Origin: Eubacteriales bacterium
GTDB lineage: Bacteria; Bacillota; Clostridia; Oscillospirales; CAG-272
Length of the DNA: 64,000 nt
NCBI GenBank assembly: GCA_045602385.1
Contig: JAZSBL010000025.1
Coordinates: 384 to 64,383, forward strand
Direction of reading: 5' to 3'
Program-made: the position numbers and the translations under genes
Notes under the pieces: model-generated
Seen by the model: the letters and a program-made list of their open reading frames with translations, nothing else
What the model was told of the DNA's origin: nothing
Databases searched by the model: none
In this document: positions 63,222-64,000 of the stretch, piece after piece
Layout of the letters: each line of letters begins with the position of its first letter
How positions within the stretch are numbered: the first letter of the stretch is position 1

Positions 63222-64000
63222 ATGGAAAAAACCAGAAGAGTCGGTACTGTATCAAGAGGTATTCGTTGTCCTATTTTCCGTGAGGGTGACGATCTTGCAA
63301 AAATGGTGACCTCCTGTGTTCTTGAGGCGGCAGAGTCCGAGGGCTTTGAGCTTCGTGACAGGGACGTTATCGCTCTTACCGAATCTATCGTTGCACGCGC
63401 GCAGGGTAACTACTGCTCGGTTGACGATATCGCGGCAGACGTCCGCGCAAAGCTTGGCGGCGAGACCGTCGGCGTAATTTTCCCCATCCTCTCGCGTAAC
63501 CGCTTCGCAATCTGCTTGCGCGGAATTGCAAAGGGCGCAAAGAAGGTCGTGCTTATGCTCAGCTACCCCTCCGACGAGGTTGGAAATCACCTTATCAGCA
63601 TGGACGCAGTCGACGAGTCGGGTGTTAACCCCTACTCCGACGTGCTCACACTTGAAAAATACCGTGAGCTTTTCGGCTACGAGAAGCACGAGTTCACCGG
63701 TGTTGACTACGTTGAATACTACGGCAACCTCGTACGCGAGTGCGGCGCCGAGGTCGAGATAATCTTTGCAAATCAGGCAAAGGCTATCCTTCCCTACGCA
63801 GATCATATCATCAACTGTGACATTCATACACGCGCACGCACAAAGAGAATACTTCTCCAGAACGGCGCAAAGGTTGTTTGCTCTCTTGACGATATTATGA
63901 CAGCCCCCGTAAACGGAAGCGGCTGCAACGAAAAGTACGGTCTTCTCGGCTCTAACAAGTCGACCGAGGACAAGATAAAGCTCTTCCCCCGTGAGTGCCG
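63222..64000 (+). CDS. F420-0:gamma-glutamyl ligase (CofE)-like domain protein, 3' end cut by window edge
   Basis: Missing from the ORF track because it runs off the window. My translation from ATG 63222 (AGGAG RBS) reads MEKTRRVGTVSRGIRCPIFREGDDLAKMV...RDVIALTESIVARAQGNY...YGLLGSNKS. ORF 63252..63827 (-) is its shadow. Confidence 0.55.
   Translation, partial: MEKTRRVGTVSRGIRCPIFREGDDLAKMVTSCVLEAAESEGFELRDRDVIALTESIVARAQGNYCSVDDIAADVRAKLGGETVGVIFPILSRNRFAICLRGIAKGAKKVVLMLSYPSDEVGNHLISMDAVDESGVNPYSDVLTLEKYRELFGYEKHEFTGVDYVEYYGNLVRECGAEVEIIFANQAKAILPYADHIINCDIHTRARTKRILLQNGAKVVCSLDDIMTAPVNGSGCNEKYGLLGSNKSTEDKIKLFPREC

Noticed and set aside
63252-63827. Minus-strand ORF of 191 aa
   Set aside because: It is a shadow of the plus-strand CofE-like gene, which has an RBS, a consensus promoter and a coherent sequence.

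Overview
This 64-kb window looks like chromosome from a Firmicutes/Clostridia-like genome, judging by near-consensus TTGACA-17-TATAAT promoters, AGGAGG-type RBSs and a SipW/TasA-type secretion module. It is coded almost entirely on the minus strand. I found no transposase, integrase, CRISPR array or recognisable phage gene. The content falls into five groups. (1) Housekeeping genes: DUF1015 (partial), lysC, truB, trmB, ychF, fba, serC-serA, tRNA-Trp, an APC permease and a partial CofE-like gene. (2) One regulatory and structural unit at 5.5-13.3 kb. A LytS-type kinase and a SARP-type response regulator lie upstream of a promoter with 11-bp-phased direct repeats. That promoter precedes a four-gene TasA/SipW-type secreted-fibre operon: a small TasA-like subunit, a signal peptidase fused to a polytopic membrane domain, a DUF5305-like membrane protein and a large LRR adhesin. 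The adhesin N-terminus matches that of the small subunit. (3) Envelope and lipid genes: a GT8-PlsC-CrtO-like operon, a CDP-alcohol phosphatidyltransferase, an O-antigen-ligase-like protein, an acyl-ACP thioesterase and a lone ACP. This part also holds an HtrA protease, an orphan OmpR regulator and an orphan MazF. A collagen-like LRR lipoprotein shares overlapping divergent promoters, each with a palindromic operator, with a small XRE regulator. (4) A Wzx/Wzy-type polysaccharide locus of about 26.5 kb (32.4-59.06 kb) starting at a consensus promoter next to tRNA-Trp. It has a priming transferase, eight glycosyltransferases, the L-FucNAc genes fnlA/B/C split by inserted genes, three acyltransferase-3 genes, two PF14907 nucleotidyltransferase paralogs, an ATP-grasp/BNR pair and a licD'-'tagD deletion scar. 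One acyltransferase carries an in-frame (AGAC)13 tetranucleotide tract just after its start codon, which marks it as a candidate phase-variable gene. Another acyltransferase is bracketed by a 42-nt duplication of the fnlB 3' end. (5) Mosaic, hairpin-rich intergenic repeats at three loci. All functional calls rest on motif recognition by eye, with no database search.
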